Part shown: piece after piece, positions 40,139 to 54,314 of the stretch
Layout: each line of letters opens with the position of its first letter
How positions within the stretch are numbered: the first letter of the stretch is position 1
DNA from: Hydrolagus colliei
Taxonomy: Eukaryota
Assembly: GCA_035084275.1 (NCBI GenBank)
Contig: CM068747.1
Coordinates: 19,158,001 to 19,222,000 of the forward strand
Direction: 5' to 3'
Length of the DNA stretch: 64,000 nt
The notes under the pieces: model-generated
The model's input: only the letters and a program-made list of their open reading frames with translations
What the model was told of the DNA's origin: nothing
Databases searched by the model: none
Position numbers and translations under genes: made by a program

Positions 40139-41644
40139 TTGCGTACACACCAGCTTGTAGCTAATATAAACTAATGTGTGGAACTAACTTGGTTGCATCA
40201 ATTAGATTTTTCCATTTAAAGCACAAAATAGAAGCCAAAAACAAACAAACATCTCAGTGGATCGGAGACCAAACAATGCCTTGCTGAAATGCCCCATATG
40301 CAATCCTCTGGTGGGGGTATCATCTTTCTGGGCAGTTAGACATAAAATCATTATAATTGCTGAGGTAAGTAAACAGACGGAAAGCATCTTGTGAGGTCAG
40401 TGGTTATGTGCATGAGTGCTATTCATTTAAATAGCAAAACTCGGGGTCACTAACTATTATTGTATTGCACTGACATTCTGACAGCAGATAAGGCTTCTTC
40501 TAATGTTATCATCATTTATCTAAATAGTACATACCATCGTTTGGGTCAACAATTATTAAAAATGAAAGAAATTGTAATTGTGCAATATTGAGCATATCGC
40601 TTATGTACAGCTCATCGGCCACACTCAGTATCGTAAATGGATGAACCATTTGCTCGTGCAATGATTAATGAATCATTAGCTAAATGATCAATGAACCATT
40701 GTTCCCAATTGTTTGGAATCTGTTTCTCACCAACTGATGGAATCGCCTAGTCTGTGACATAATAAATAACATTCATTAATTAATACAGCATTATTCAAGC
40801 ATCTGGCATTGTTTTCACCTTACTGGGTCCCTCACCTAATAAATTAGATTAATTGATCCACTTAATATGTCATCCAGTGTGGACATAACAATTAATACAG
40901 ATTTGTTTTCGTTGGTTGCAGATCACACACCCACACATATGTTTGTGGTGAATTTGTTTCTATATTTAACTCTGTCAGTTAATCCTGCTCATTTGTCTAG
41001 TGAGGGCACAAACAGCCTTTGCAACATATAATATCCATTTTCTGCCCCATAATTATAATCTTCCATGCAGCATTTCACCATATTATTAGTTGTTGAATGT
41101 AACCATTCTGCTCTAGTTTATATTCAGCAGTGACTATCTGCAAGACTATTTAGGCATTTCTCACCCGTGAAGCATTCTGGAAGCAAAATACCAGCTCTGA
41201 TTGGTGATTTGTTTTGGATGTGTTCAGCCCAGTAGCATGCCCTATTGCTCTTTCTTTATCAGATTGCGTTGGCATTTTCAACCAAAGAACCACATAAATG
41301 CAATTATTGTACAGCAAAACAAACATGTAGAAAATAAATTCTAGTCACAAAGCTTGCATTCCTCAAGATGAAGGTATCTTTTCATTATCTGTTTTTGAGT
41401 CAATTATGATTCAAATTAATTCTACTTGTAAAGAATTAGTGTATTAAATTTCAGGTGTATCGGTGTGGGCATTTATTGCTTCGGAGTCTTCATATGCAGT
41501 GTGCAATCTTTACTGTGCCTTTTAGAAAGAGGATTCAATGATTCAATGTGCAGTAGTAATGGTCAGTGACACCCAGTTTAAGTTGGTCAAACTTGTGGTA
41601 GCTTAATATCCAAGAGGCAATAGTTTGACTTCCCATGAATGACT

Positions 41645-41925
41645 GTGAGAGCTCTCGTCTTGCAAGCGAGAGACCTGGGTTAGATTGCTGGCAGGTCGAA
41701 ACCTTGGGCAAGTTTCCTTACTCCACATGCCTGATAATAATCCCTTGAAAAAAAAAAAATTGGTCATTTCAATCCAATTATTTGTGGGACACTGATGTGC
41801 GCAATTGGCTGCTGCATTTCGCCCACAAATAGTCAATTCCCTTTACAGTATATTCTGTGAAGCGTTTGCGATGCCTGGAAGACATGAAAAGCACTATATC
41901 AAATGCAAGGTTTACTATTATTACT
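41645..41925 (+). mobile_element. SINE
   Basis: B-box region, core and tail. Confidence 0.88.
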
Positions 41926-41994
41926 ATACTATCAAGATTGAAATGATCTAAGTACTGTACTAATGAGGCACATGTGCCATATGTACTGAAACTA

Positions 41995-42600
41995 ATAAGA
42001 ACATAAGAGATGAAAAAAAGACCAAGGCTCATCTAGATCGTCTTCCAGCTCCCTGGTGGTCACATGCACAGATGTACCAAACTACCTCTGTACTACATCC
42101 CATAATATTATTTCCTTAAAGGAGACTTTCTGTGTTTGAAGGAACCAATATTTCCTGCTTCAAGCTTCTACCAGGGAATCTGTTCCACAGGTTTACTGTT
42201 CACTCACTGAAATAGTGTTTCCTTAGATTAGTTATGACTGTATCCCCCTTCAATCTCAAATTTCCTTGCTCCACCCATCTAATAATAATCCGCCCAAAAA
42301 TACCTATTATAAATTGGTCATTTAAATCCACGACTGTTTGTGGGACACTGCTGTGCGCAATTGGCTGCCCTGTTTTGCCCACAAATATACAGTCAATTCA
42401 CTTTACAGTATATTCTGTGAAGCGCTTTGAGACGTCTAGAAGACGTGATATCAGAAGACAAGGATTATTTATTACCACCGTTATTAGCTTGGCGTCATCT
42501 GCAAATTTAGCCACTATGTTTGTAACTCCTACTTCCAGATCATTTAGAACAATATTAAACAAACATGGTCCTAATAGCAATAGAGATATTTCATTTCACT
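41995..42600 (-). mobile_element. Old CR1 fragments interrupted by a + strand SINE (42255-42473)
   Basis: taagaacataaga tail; LGPCLFNIVLNDL...KFADDAKL RT motif. Confidence 0.75.
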
Positions 42601-43819
42601 GTGGGCAAGATTGTTTACCGAAATGATCCATTATCTCTTGTAGTACTTTCACATTTATTTGTTCAGCAGACTTGTAAGACTCCTTTCACAGGTAAAGGAT
42701 TTAAAATTTCCGCAAAAAGGTCAAATTTAAAACATAATAATTGTGTTCTATATAAAAAGTAGGAAAGCAGGCTGTGCGAAAAGGTTATATTGAACACTTC
42801 ATTCTTCACTCTGTTAGCGCATTACCAGAAAGATTTCACCCAATTTCTTCTGATGTGCTCTGTGGCCTGAGGTTCCTGCCGTGCTAGACCACATCTGACA
42901 CTAATAAAGAAGATGCACTTCAGGCACCGCAGGGAGATGTGTGAGTAGTGTAAGTGGGTTACGTTTGAAATGATGAAATGCTGTTCCAAATAAAAGTGGA
43001 AAGCATTATAATGTTTTACTCTAATATTAGATTTAGATACAGATCTGATGATGTCCCCCTCATCCTGCACCAGCACAATTCGACAAGCAAAATGACAGGC
43101 GCATATTGATATCCATTTACACACAAACCTCTCTCATGCAAAATCTCCCGCTTCATGAGCAGCACAATGCAATGCAATTGTTAGTGTTGAAGAGGTATGT
43201 CAGCACAAGCATAAAATGTTTTCTCCCGAGCTCCAGACTCACAATCTTATATAAATGAGAATTGTCTTATAAGCTGTGAAGGTTTCCAGTTTCATTATTT
43301 ATCCAGCCTAATTATAGAACATCCTGTGCAAAATGCTGATGACTACTCTAACTTCATCACTTACAGTAATTATGGCTTAGCTATACTGCTTCCAAATTGA
43401 GTAAAAACCCTGTCCTCTACAATGACTATCAAGCTGGTGAAGGACAAGGGCTCACACACAGAATTTATGCAGCATATTTCTAATTTAGTTGAGGTAATAC
43501 TGTACTGAACAAGTGAATGGCAAGGTAGAAATGCTGCTTGAGAGTAGCTTAAGGTAAAGTGGTGAAGCTCATTAATAAAGAAATATCTATCCCTGCACTT
43601 TACTTCTAATCCCACAACAGTGCAGAAATTGGGCAATACACTGAATCTCTTGGTTTGAATGATGATAAAATGTAACTCCTGTTTGTGGTGGTTTACAATG
43701 TATCGCCTCCACTGGAATCATTGTTGATCTCTGCCTATGTTCAGAGCACTTTCAACTTCAGTGTTGAACTTCATTACTCATGCAGCAAATTTTAATCCTT
43801 ATTTAATGCACATTTTTCT

Positions 43820-44015
43820 GAATCTTGTTTCCTTGACAATAATGCAACTTGAGTTTTGGACGCTCAGTTTTAGGAAGGACATTGACAGTTGTCGAGAACA
43901 ATCCATTAGATTAACATACGGGCTGACGTTTTCTACGCATGAGGCATTGGGTAGACTGAGATTATATTATCAGAGTAAAGAAGTTTAAGAGGTAAGTGAC
44001 TGAGGTGACTGAGAT
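43820..44015 (+). mobile_element. Ancient CR1 RT C-terminal fragment
   Basis: LEFWTLSFRKDID resembles CR1 VQFWSPxxRKDI. Confidence 0.55.
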
Positions 44016-44017
44016 AG

Positions 44018-45018
44018 TTAGTAATAATCCTTGCATTTAATATAGCATATTTTACGTCTTCTAGACATCTCAACAATAACAACAAAATTACATTTATAGA
44101 GGACCTTTCACATCAGGAGGACATCCCAAAGCGCTGAATAGTTAGGTCTGGACCCGAGCAGGGGGAGAAGGGTCGGGATAGGGGCAGAGGGACGGAAAGT
44201 AGGAAAAGGGAGAGAATTAGGAGGGCAGCAGAAAGCATGGTCGAAGAGGAAGGTCTTGAGACTGGCCTTGAAGGAGGAAAGGGAGGAAGTGAGGCGAAGG
44301 GATTGCGGGATAGAGTTCCAGAGTGTGGGAGCAGAGAGGCTGAAAGCCCAGCCACCGATGGTGGGGAGGTTCAAGCGGGGGTTATGGAGCAGGCCAGAGC
44401 CTGCTGAAAGGAGGGGATGGGCAGGCTGATAGGGAGACAGCAGTCGGAGAGAGATAGATGAGGGCAAGGCTGTGAATGGCCTTGAAAGCGAGGACCAGGA
44501 TCTTGAATTCGATCCTCTGGGGGATGGGGAGCCAGTGGAGACGGCCGAGGGTGGGAGTGATGCGGTCGCGGAGCCTAATGTGGGAGAGTACACAAGCTGC
44601 AGAGTTATGAATAATCTGCATCTTATGAAGGGAAGAGCTGGGAAGGCCAAAAAGGAGAGAGTTCCTGTAGTTGAGCCTTGATGTGATGACTGCGTGAACA
44701 ATTGTTTTGGCAGCATGGGGGATGAGGAGGTGGCGGAGTCTAGTAATGTTGCGAAGTCTGGCAATATCTCAAAGCGCTTCACAGAATATACTGTAGAGTG
44801 AATTGACTGTGTAAATGTGGGTAAAACGTGGCAGCCAATTACACACAGCAGGGTCCCACAAATAGTTGTGGATTGAAATGACCAATTTATTATTGTTTTT
44901 TGAGGGCTTATTATCAGCTGTATGGAGTAAGGAAACCTGTCCAAGGTTTTGCCCTGCCTGGAATCGAACTCAGGTCTCTCACATGTAAGAGTGTTCTACC
45001 ACTGAGCTACAGGATTCC
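44018..45018 (-). mobile_element. SINE containing an L2 3' fragment (about 44092-44766)
   Basis: atctcaa duplicated at both junctions; LHWLPIPQRIEFKIL and FKASLKTFLFD peptides. Confidence 0.9.
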
Positions 45019-45999
45019 AAAATAAAATAGTCATTTAAAACAATAAAAGGAATTGATAGGTTACTTTGATATTTATCCATTTTCCTCACCTTGTGGCCTT
45101 TACGAGGAAGATTGCCAGTTACAGTCAAATTCAGGTCAGCTTTCTGCGCTTTCAACCAAAACCCAATATGTTGCTGCATAAAGAACAGCCAAGTTTATTT
45201 TCCATAGGAAAAGAAGATCATTTCAATCATACTAAGAATTATTTTTTAATCAAGGGAGCATTTTCAACATTCGCTAGATGTAAGGAAGTAAACTGAAAAC
45301 TGCGTAAATATACTTTACAATTAAAAGTGTTTCTTGTGTTCAAGGAAATGACTTTTGTTCTATTCCAACAGTTATTTTTAAGCAGCCATTATTTCACAAT
45401 GAGGAAGTTGTGCATTTATAACATACAATGCTTTCTCGAATCAGCCTCTTGTAGCTTTAGTCTGTCAAGACTTCATTATGTGTAATTTGGTGTTTAAATG
45501 TATTTAAATGTCCAGAGGATCGGTGTGAATGCCATAATTTTCATCAGTCGCCATGTTCTGTGTTTCCGCTTACGTAACATTTATGGAGTGATTAGGAAGT
45601 TACTGATATCAAAGATCTAAGCTTTCATTTAACAATTATTTATGATTGGTGTGGTCAGTAGAATGCCAAAGACTGTTTGTAAAATAATCTATTATGTTTT
45701 ACTCATTGTCCCATTCCATCTGAATTGTTTTCTCCGGAAATAAATACGTAGAGAAGTTTCCGACATTAATGGTGCCATATACTGTAAATGCAAGTTGTTG
45801 TTGTGGCAACCAACTTATTCTTAAAGGGTAACAAACTTTCCTTACACGGTAGTTTAGACACTTTAAATGTAAGTAACTCTATTTAGTTCTGAGTACATTT
45901 ATGGCTCAAACTGACTTCTCGTTCTGAAATTAGATTTTAAAATTCAGCTTATTGTTTAACCTCTGGCGATTTTGAAGTGTTAAAATATCATGATTCTAT

Positions 46000-46710
46000 A
46001 CAACAACAACTTTGATTTATATAGCGCCCTCCACCCCGGACGGCATCTCAGAGTGTTTCACAATAACAGATCCCGCGCCCGAGCCATGGGCAGGGGGAGA
46101 CAGGCCTTTAGCCGAGACCTGAAACTAGGAAGAGAGGGGACAAGGCAAAGCGAGTGAGGAAGAAAGTTGCAGAGCTTGGGGCATAGTGACTGAAGGCACG
46201 GCTGCCAATGGTGGAGCGGAGAATTCGGGGGACAAGGAGAGAGACCAGAACCGGAGGAGCGAAAGCAATGGGTGCTGTTTCGGGGAAAGAGGCGGTCGGG
46301 GTGGGGGTGGGGGTGTGTGGTGCGGCGGAGTGGAGAGATCTGGACACAAGAGTGAGGATCTTGAAATTGATCCGGGACAGGGAGCCAGTGAAGTCTGAAG
46401 TGAAGGGGAGCGAAGTTTGGAGCGGGTGAGAATGCGGGCGGCAGAGTTCTAAATGAGCTGGATTTTATGGATTGTGGTGGAGGGGAGACCAGCGAGGAGG
46501 GCATTTGTGTAGTCCGGCCAAAAGGCCAGAGTTTCAGCAGCTTTTAGGGCAAGGTACTGCTGGAGACGGGCAATACATTGGAGGTGGAAAAAAACGGTGC
46601 TGGTGAGGGACTGGATGTGGGGGAGGAAGGACATTTGGGGGTCGAACCTGAAGCCAAGGTTGTGTACTGGTTCAGAGAGTTTTAGGTGCAGGTCGGGTAG
46701 GTGACTGGTA
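46000..46710 (-). mobile_element. L2 3' fragment
   Basis: NLGFRFDPQMSFLPHI and LHWLPV peptides; (CAA)n tail. Confidence 0.88.
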
Positions 46711-47749
46711 TATGACTGCTCTAGCAAGCTTCTTGCTCAGACGTATTGAAAATAACTTTTTAAAAATTCTGAATCATTTAAATGACAGCAGAGAAGGAAG
46801 CCAGCCATTCTGACCACGCAGGGTATGCTGATGCCAGCTGCTCCACTGTAATTAACTGCAAACTCCCCAGTTCCAGATTCTCTTTACATACTCTTTTATG
46901 GTAGAAAGAGTCCCTCCAAAAATGTTTTTCCAATTCTATTTTATTTCTTGTATTGGTGTCAGCTTCAATACTTATAGCAAAACATACAACATTCCAACCA
47001 TCCTCTGTATGAAAAGCTTTCTTGTAATCTCTTTGTTTACTTAACTTCCCCCATTTATATTATTTTTACTGATATGGGGTGGTTTCTTTTAGAAATACTG
47101 AAAAGAGATGAGTCTTTAAATGTCAAGGCCTATGATTAATGAAAGACAAGAAAAGATTGCCCTACGCCGTCTCCACTAAAAGCCTTGGTTTAGAGAATAA
47201 ATGAATAGTGATGAATGAAACACCATATTGTTTCATCATCTTTCCACTGGCTTACAAGCTCACCTTCTTGTGTTAACATGCTGTGATGTTTCAAATAGAG
47301 TATCTTTAAGGGCTCTGAGATGCCAGCCAGCATGCAGGGCGCTACATAAATGCAAGTTATTATTGTTGTTATCTTCATAGCAGATATTTGTCACAATATC
47401 AGCGCAACTGGCGGCCACATTTGAGATGTCTAGAAGACATGAAAAGTGCTATATCAAATGCAAGGATTATTATTTTTTTAGATGTTCATGAAAATAACTT
47501 TTAAAATTCTAAATGAACAAAAATTTAAAGTGACTATGTGTGTCTTTTAATGATGAACTTTGGTTTTGCATTGATAGCCATCATTAACATTGCCTACCGA
47601 ATCCCAGTGTTCCCAAATAATATGGCAGACTGTTGAAAGAAAACTGAAAACATTATTTTATTTACCAGTTTTCCCACCACTGACAAAGTGCTATGTGTGA
47701 ATTACAAATGTAGTATCTATTGGAAAAGATGAAGCAGATAGAAATTTGT

Positions 47750-48705
47750 TTTGCAGTTCTTTTTAATTTATATTAAAGATCTGGACTTGGGTATAGGGAG
47801 TACCATTTCGAAGTTTGCAGATGACACAAAGTTAGGAAAAATAGTAAATAGTGAGGAGGATAGTAGTCACCTGCAAGAAGATATAGACCGAATGGTAAAA
47901 TGGGCAGACACATGGCAGATGAAGTTTAATGTAGAGTAATGTGAAGTGATGCATTTTGGGAGGAGAAATGAGGGGAGGCAATATAGGCTAGGTAGTACAA
48001 TTTTAAGGGGTGTGAAGGAACAGAGAGACCTGGGGGTTTGTGTGAGTGATTCTTTGAAGGTGGCACGACAGGTAGTCAAGGCTATCAAAAAACCATACGG
48101 GATACGGGAAAAGTCAGGAAGTTCTGACTAAACTCTATAAAACTTTGGTTAGGCCTCAACTAGAGTACTGTGTACAATTCTGGTCACCACACTTTAGGAA
48201 GGATGTTAAGGCATTGGAAAGGGTCTAGAGAAGATTTACTACGATGGTACCAGGAATGAGGGACTTCAGCTGTGAGGAAAAGCTAGAGAGACTAGGTTTA
48301 TTCTCATTGAAACAAAGAATGTTGCGAGGAGACCTAATAGAGGTTTTTAAGATCATGTGTGGATTTGACAGAGTAGATAGGGAAAAACTGTTTCCACTGG
48401 TGGGCGTATCATAGACTCATGGTCACAGATTTAAAATAATTTCAAAAAGAAGCAGAGGGGAGGTGAGGAGAATTTTTTTCAACCAGCAAATTGTTCAAAT
48501 CTGGAATGCATTGCCTGAAAAGGTGGTGGAGGCTGATTCAATAACAATTTTTAAAAGAGAGGTAGACATTTATTTGGGGAGGACGGGTTTGCGAGACTAT
48601 GGGGAGAGAGCTGAGGAGTGGGATTAAATTGTTCTTTTTAAAGAGCTGGCACAGACTCGATGGGCCAAATGGGTCTCCTTTTGTGCCGTAAGATTCTATG
48701 ATTGG
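47750..48705 (+). mobile_element. CR1 RT and 3' end
   Basis: SKFADDTKLG, WADTWQMKFNVE and EQRDLGV motifs; CR1 tail. Confidence 0.93.
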
Positions 48706-48949
48706 TTTTATTTTATTTATTGCAGAAGATTTAGTAAATGTAAATAATTATATGTTTCTGGCATTACCTTAATATGGTTTGATTCTGAAAAAGCACAGGT
48801 AAAGCAATACACTGAAAACCGGACTGTGTGCAGCAATCTGAAATAATAGACACTAAGAATGTGATTCACACACATGCATTTCGTCAGTGCTGATAAATCC
48901 AGTATCTGAGAGACAATCTGTATTATATAATATACAGTTACTTTTCCTA

Positions 48950-49085
48950 CTATGCTTTATCCTGCCCTGATCCTTCCCACCCTGCTCTTGTCCTACCTGA
49001 CTGTACAGCGCCTTGGGATGTCCTCTCGACGTGAAAGGCGCTATATAAATGTAAGTTTTGTGTGTTTGTTTGTTTGTTTGTATTA
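48950..49085 (+). mobile_element. L2 3' tail
   Basis: cagcgccttgggatgtcctctcgacgtgaaaggcgctatataaatg. Confidence 0.8.
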
Positions 49086-49379
49086 CAAAATATCCCTTTT
49101 TGGCATAAAGGACCTGACTGAGTAAACAAAGACTTTAGGAATGGTTCAAAAGCCAAATCCATAATGCATTAATCTAGAAGGAGCAATGGGTCATTGTAAG
49201 ACTGTGAAATGTTGGAAGGAGTAAAAATGTTGTATGCGATTAAAAAAAAAGTAATCTTAGATGGGAGTCAGATCTTCATGCATATTATAAGATGAAGATA
49301 TATGTGTGAGTCAGACAGCAAGAAATGACACGTTTGGGGGATTGGGTGAAAAGCAGGGAAGACAGCTATGTTTAGACAT

Positions 49380-50230
49380 TGTTAAAGTCTATGTGCAATC
49401 CAGTGTCTAAAGAGCGCCCAAGCAGTTAGTAAGGTTTTGTATTTGTGTTGAGCTGCATAGGAGCGGTGTCAAAGCTAATGATAGAAAGATCGGAGTAGAA
49501 AGGCAGGGGAAATTGAATTGACCAGCCACATGGAGGTCAAATCAATGCATACAACAGAAATGAGCTGTTCATTGCAGCAGTAGTCCAGTTTTTGGTTGGA
49601 TTCACCAACATAGAAGGCAAAGCACCATAAGCAGTGAATAAGGGATGGGGGAAATTTACATTTCTGCCTCAATTGGAGAGGTTGTTTCAGTTCATTGCAT
49701 GCAGTGTGGAGAATGCAAGGGTGATTATAATATTGTGTTGCAGATATCAAAGAAGGTGTGGATGGAAGGTACAGAAAAGAGAGTTCACTATTCCCTTGAT
49801 GGGCAAGCAAAGGAGAGCAGAGATATGCAAAATGGGATGGGTGTAATCTGAGGATGAGCCCAAACTATACCAAAGGGAAAGCAGAGCATAGCAAACTTAA
49901 TTATGGAAAGTATGATCATTAAGTGTGCTATATTTTCAATCAGTTTGGCCATTTGTATTCCAAATTGATAGAGTTGCTAGTTGATAGCTTTAGCCAGACT
50001 TAGCAATAATTACTTAGCTAATTACTTTAGCAATAATATTCACAAATTTAGTTTTGCAAGGAAAGCGAGACCATGAGCTTGCATTACCATGGAAGAGTCC
50101 TCTGATTAGTGGGCTATGATCAATGAGGCAACAGAATGCCTGAGAGGGTTGCCAGTTGTGAGAGAAGAAGTCAGGTTAGAAGTGGAACCGAAAGGATGTT
50201 GAACAAGGCTAGAGGGGGGAAAACATCAGA
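49380..50230 (-). mobile_element. Decayed Penelope-like element (GIY-YIG endonuclease region)
   Basis: LIHCLWCFAFYVGESNQKLDY..NEQLISV resembles Penelope YCIRCSRCGLLYIGETKRRLGDRFAEHLRSV. Confidence 0.65.
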
Positions 50231-50937
50231 AACAGATCCTCCACAAGCGACGTCTGAGAAATGTGCCAGTATTTCCATTTATCTCGGCAAATCCCGAGAA
50301 TAGGTATTGGTCAAGACTATAATTTAATGGTTTGGATATGGTTGCTTGTCACATTTATCAAATATTTCAAAACATTTCGCAGCATTTTACTGTAAAATGA
50401 AGTGACTGTATATTTACAGACAAACAAAGCACACATTGAACCACAAACAGCAAGAAGTGAATGAATTGTGCCTGAGAGATTGTTGGTCAGGACTTTGTGA
50501 GAAACTCCCTAATAATCACGGTTGAATCCTCAAGATGAGAGTATGAGGTGTTGTATTTGCATGAATATATTTTATTATTGTCTATTATTGTTTCTTATCA
50601 CAAAATGATGTTGTTTATCCATCATTCCATTAACTTTTACAAATACTGTACATTTAGTAAATTTCTGTTCCATTCATTATATTTGTCAGGGTGCAAAACA
50701 TTTTGATCTGGGTCAATGGAAAATTGTTGAAATATTTGCCCAATATTACAAGGAAACTTGATCAATTTTGAGGAAAATCGTGCAGGAAATTGCTAAATTG
50801 TGCGGAAAATTGCGAAGGATGGTTGGTGTTATTCAGGTACAGCTATAAAAGTGTAATTTTGTTGTTATTTTATTGTTGTTTACTGGCAACCTATATTTTT
50901 TCGCTTTATTACTAAAAACTAAACATGAAGAAATAAC

Positions 50938-52680
50938 ACAACAACAACATGGATTTATACAGCCCCCTCCACACCAGACGGCATCTCAGAGCATGTCACA
51001 ATAGTAGAGTCCAAGGCCGAGCCAGGGGGAAGGGGAAAGTGACCTTATTATTGTATTGTTATGAGGAGAGAGGAGGTTAGAGAGGTAGTGGGTGCAGAGG
51101 AGTGGAGGGATTTAAACACAAGAGTGAGGATCTTGAAGTCAATCCGCTCCGTGACAAGGAGTCAGTGAAGTCTGGCGAGGACTGGGGTAATTGGGGAGTG
51201 AAGTTTGGTTCAGGTGAAAATGTTGGCGACGGAGTTCTGTATGAGCTGGATTTTGTGAATGCTGGCGGAGAGGAGACTGGCAAGTAGGGTGTTGGAGTAG
51301 TCCAGCTGAGAGGTGACAAAGACATGGACCAGGGTTTCTGCAGCTTTTGAGGTGAGATATTGGCAAAGACGAACAATGCGTTGGAGATGGAAGAAAGCAG
51401 TGCTGGTGAGGGACCGGATGTGGGGGAGGAAGGATAATTGGGGGTCAAACCTGATGCCTAGGTTGCATACAGAATCGGAGAGTTTTAGGGGCAAGTCAGA
51501 TAGGTGGAAAAGGTGAGAGCCATGGAACTGAAGATGCTAACGAGAGCCAGAGTATGGCTTCTATCTTGTTTATTTGAGTTTGTGCTCATCCAGCTCTTGA
51601 TGTCTGACAGACAGGCTGACAGAACATCAGTGGAAATGGGCATCACAATTTGAGATTGTGAGTAAAGTTGAGATGTCATCTGCATACATGTGGAAGTTTA
51701 CCTCGTATCTGCGGATTACATCAACAAGAGGGAGCATATAGATAAGGAAGAGAAGGGAGACAAGGGTGGATCCTTTTGGTAACCAGGCGAAAGCTGGAAA
51801 TCAAGCGATTAGTTGAGATGTACTGCTGGCGGATTGTCAGGTTGGACTCAAACCGAGTGTGTGCAGTCTCACTGAAGTGGATGACAGAGGACAGGTAGTG
51901 GAGGAGAATGGCATGATCGACTGTGTCAAAGACGGTGGAGAGGTCCAGGAGGACAAGGAGGCAGATGGAGTCCCAGTCACGGATAGAGAAGACATTGTTT
52001 GTGATTTTCAGCAATCTTTGTACTGTGGGCAGGGCGGAAGCTGGACTGATGGGGATCAAATAGTATGTGGAGGGAAAGGTGTGAGCAGAGTTGGTTGGCA
52101 ACAACACTTTGTAAAATTTTTGCAATGAAGGGAGGTTTGAGATAGGGCAGTTGTGGCTGGGTTGGAGGAATCAAGGGAAGTTTTTTAAGGAGTGGGGTGA
52201 TGACAGCAGTTTTGAAGTGGGGGAGGGACTGATCCTGAGGAGAGGAAGTGATTAATGATGTCTGCCAACAGTGAGCGGAGGATGGAAGCTGGGTGATCAG
52301 CAAGTTGGTGGATGAGAGGGAGAAAGGAGAGATGGGGAAGAAGGAATGTAGGATGGGGTCATGGTAGGAGCTGAGGATGGGGTGGGTGAGGGAAATGGAA
52401 TGGAGGTGGTGGTGGCAGGAGGATGAGGCTGCCTGCTGGATGTTATTGATTTTAATGGTATGGAAGTCCATGACCTCTTTACACTTGGCGTTGGATGTGA
52501 AGATTGAGGAAGCTTGAGTGGGTGTATTAGATTGTTGCTAAAAAAGTTATTTAGGTTTTCTTTAATAAAAGCTTGGCGGCCCACTCAGGGTGGGAAAGTG
52601 GGGGGAACACCAGTGTAGGTCTGAAGGGCCAAATGTCCTTTGTCCTGACCGCGGGCCTCCTGGATTTCACCACCTCCTGC
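50938..52680 (-). mobile_element. L2 LINE ORF2 fragment with 3' tail
   Basis: FKTAVITPLLKK, LLDLSTVFDTVDH, HMYADD, NLGIRFDPQLSF and SQLDYSN motifs. Confidence 0.92.
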
Positions 52681-53828
52681 CTCTCTGAGTCATCACGCAA
52701 GGAGGTACTGTACTTTCAAATGCAGTGGCTAATAGGTGGACAAATATAGCAACTAATTTCTGCCAGCAAGATTAGTGAAGTGAATTTGGCAAACATTGGA
52801 ATATTAGTAAAAACACCCAAAGAACTCTACAGTTTTCATGGTATCCTATCCACCTGAACAATCAGAACCAGTAAATTGGACCTCAGTTTGATATGTTAAG
52901 TCAAAGCCCAGCACCTCAAATATTGTAGTACACACTTAGTACTGGAACGGAGTGCTCAGTATTGCTCACTTGATTAGAAACTCAAGTGTTGGTTGTAACT
53001 TATGAGCTCAAATTTTGGTGTAACTTTACCACCTCTAAACCAGAGGCAAGAATGCTACATACTGAGCCAAAATGACAGTGACAACATTGTTGGTAGCACT
53101 CCAGAAATGTAGTGTAAGTGCTGTTTTGAGTGCAGCGCAGTGAGGTACATTGCTAGGGAATTGTAGAACGATGGGAATATAATGCAACTTATAGGTCTCA
53201 TTTAACCTTGGAGTAGTTCCTCTCATGCTCTCGATTGGTGCAAAGTAGAGAATGAACTGCTTTCCGTTACATTGGTTTTGCATTTGAAATATTACTGAAT
53301 CTGTTATTTACAAATAAGCAAAAATAATATGCTAAATTGAATTTTACTCCAAAGACAATTATGCCATTTTACTCAGTTGTTACATTGCCTTAAAAATCAA
53401 TTGAACTACACATTATTAATCTTAAGACATTTTTATTCGTGTTTAGTTATAAACTATATGAAACTAATGGAATCCTAAAATCAACATGAAGCAATGAGAA
53501 CTGCAGCATTTATTCTTATAATTTTGATTGATAATGGGGAACATTAGCAGTGTGTGATGTCACCAATGAATATTTCAGCAAAAAATATTTTTTTAATTGA
53601 ACAATGTTCAACCGAACGTTTTCAAAATAATCATTTTTAAAAAAAACTTTCTGCTACATAATGTACCAATTTTCAAAGTACAGTTACTATAAAAAGATGC
53701 CAAAGATGAATTGTTTTTCTTTAGTTGGAAATTTTTAGCAACTGGCACACAGTTGATATTTATAAGATCACATACCGTTCCATACCTGGAAGCCACATTC
53801 TTGGATGGTTTGGCATCTTCAATGGCAT

Positions 53829-54037
53829 CTTATTGTATAAAATTATGGCATTTTAATGTATAAAACCACAAAATAATTATTCTTCAGTGACTATTAATTC
53901 ATTCTTGGGTAGCAATTTTCTCTGGGAAACTGAAGGAACAGCTTATTGTATAAAATGATGGCATCTTAATGTATAAAACCACAAAATAATTATTTTTCAA
54001 TGATTATTAATTCATTCTTGGGCAGCAATTTTCTCTG
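53829..54037. repeat. Tandem duplication of a 96-bp AT-rich unit (period 113)
   Basis: 53829-53924 matches 53942-54037 with a few substitutions. Confidence 0.92.
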
Positions 54038-54061
54038 CACCATAAGTGTTGAGACTATCAC

Positions 54062-54314
54062 AATGGGTTTAATACAAGCGAGAGACCTGGGTTCAGTTCA
54101 CGGCAAGGCGAAATGTTGGGCAAGTTTTTTTACTCCACACACCTAATAATTATCCCTCAAAAAAGAACAAAATAATAAATTTGGTCACTCAATCCACGAC
54201 TGTTTGTGGGGACACTGCTGTGCGCAATTCACTGTACAGCATATTCTGGGAAGCGCTTTGAGATGTCTAAAAGACGTGAAAAGCGCTGTATCAAATGCAA
54301 GGATTATTATTATT
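54062..54314 (+). mobile_element. SINE with an internal deletion
   Basis: Family head remnant, core and tail. Confidence 0.85.

Noticed and set aside
44108-44944. Longest ORF in the track (278 aa)
   Set aside because: Chance read-through of SINE and L2 pieces.
46747-47515. About 27-bp imperfect direct repeat tgaaaataactttt(t)aaaattct
   Set aside because: AT-rich, and the intervening DNA is mixed repeats, so it is not a credible TSD or LTR.
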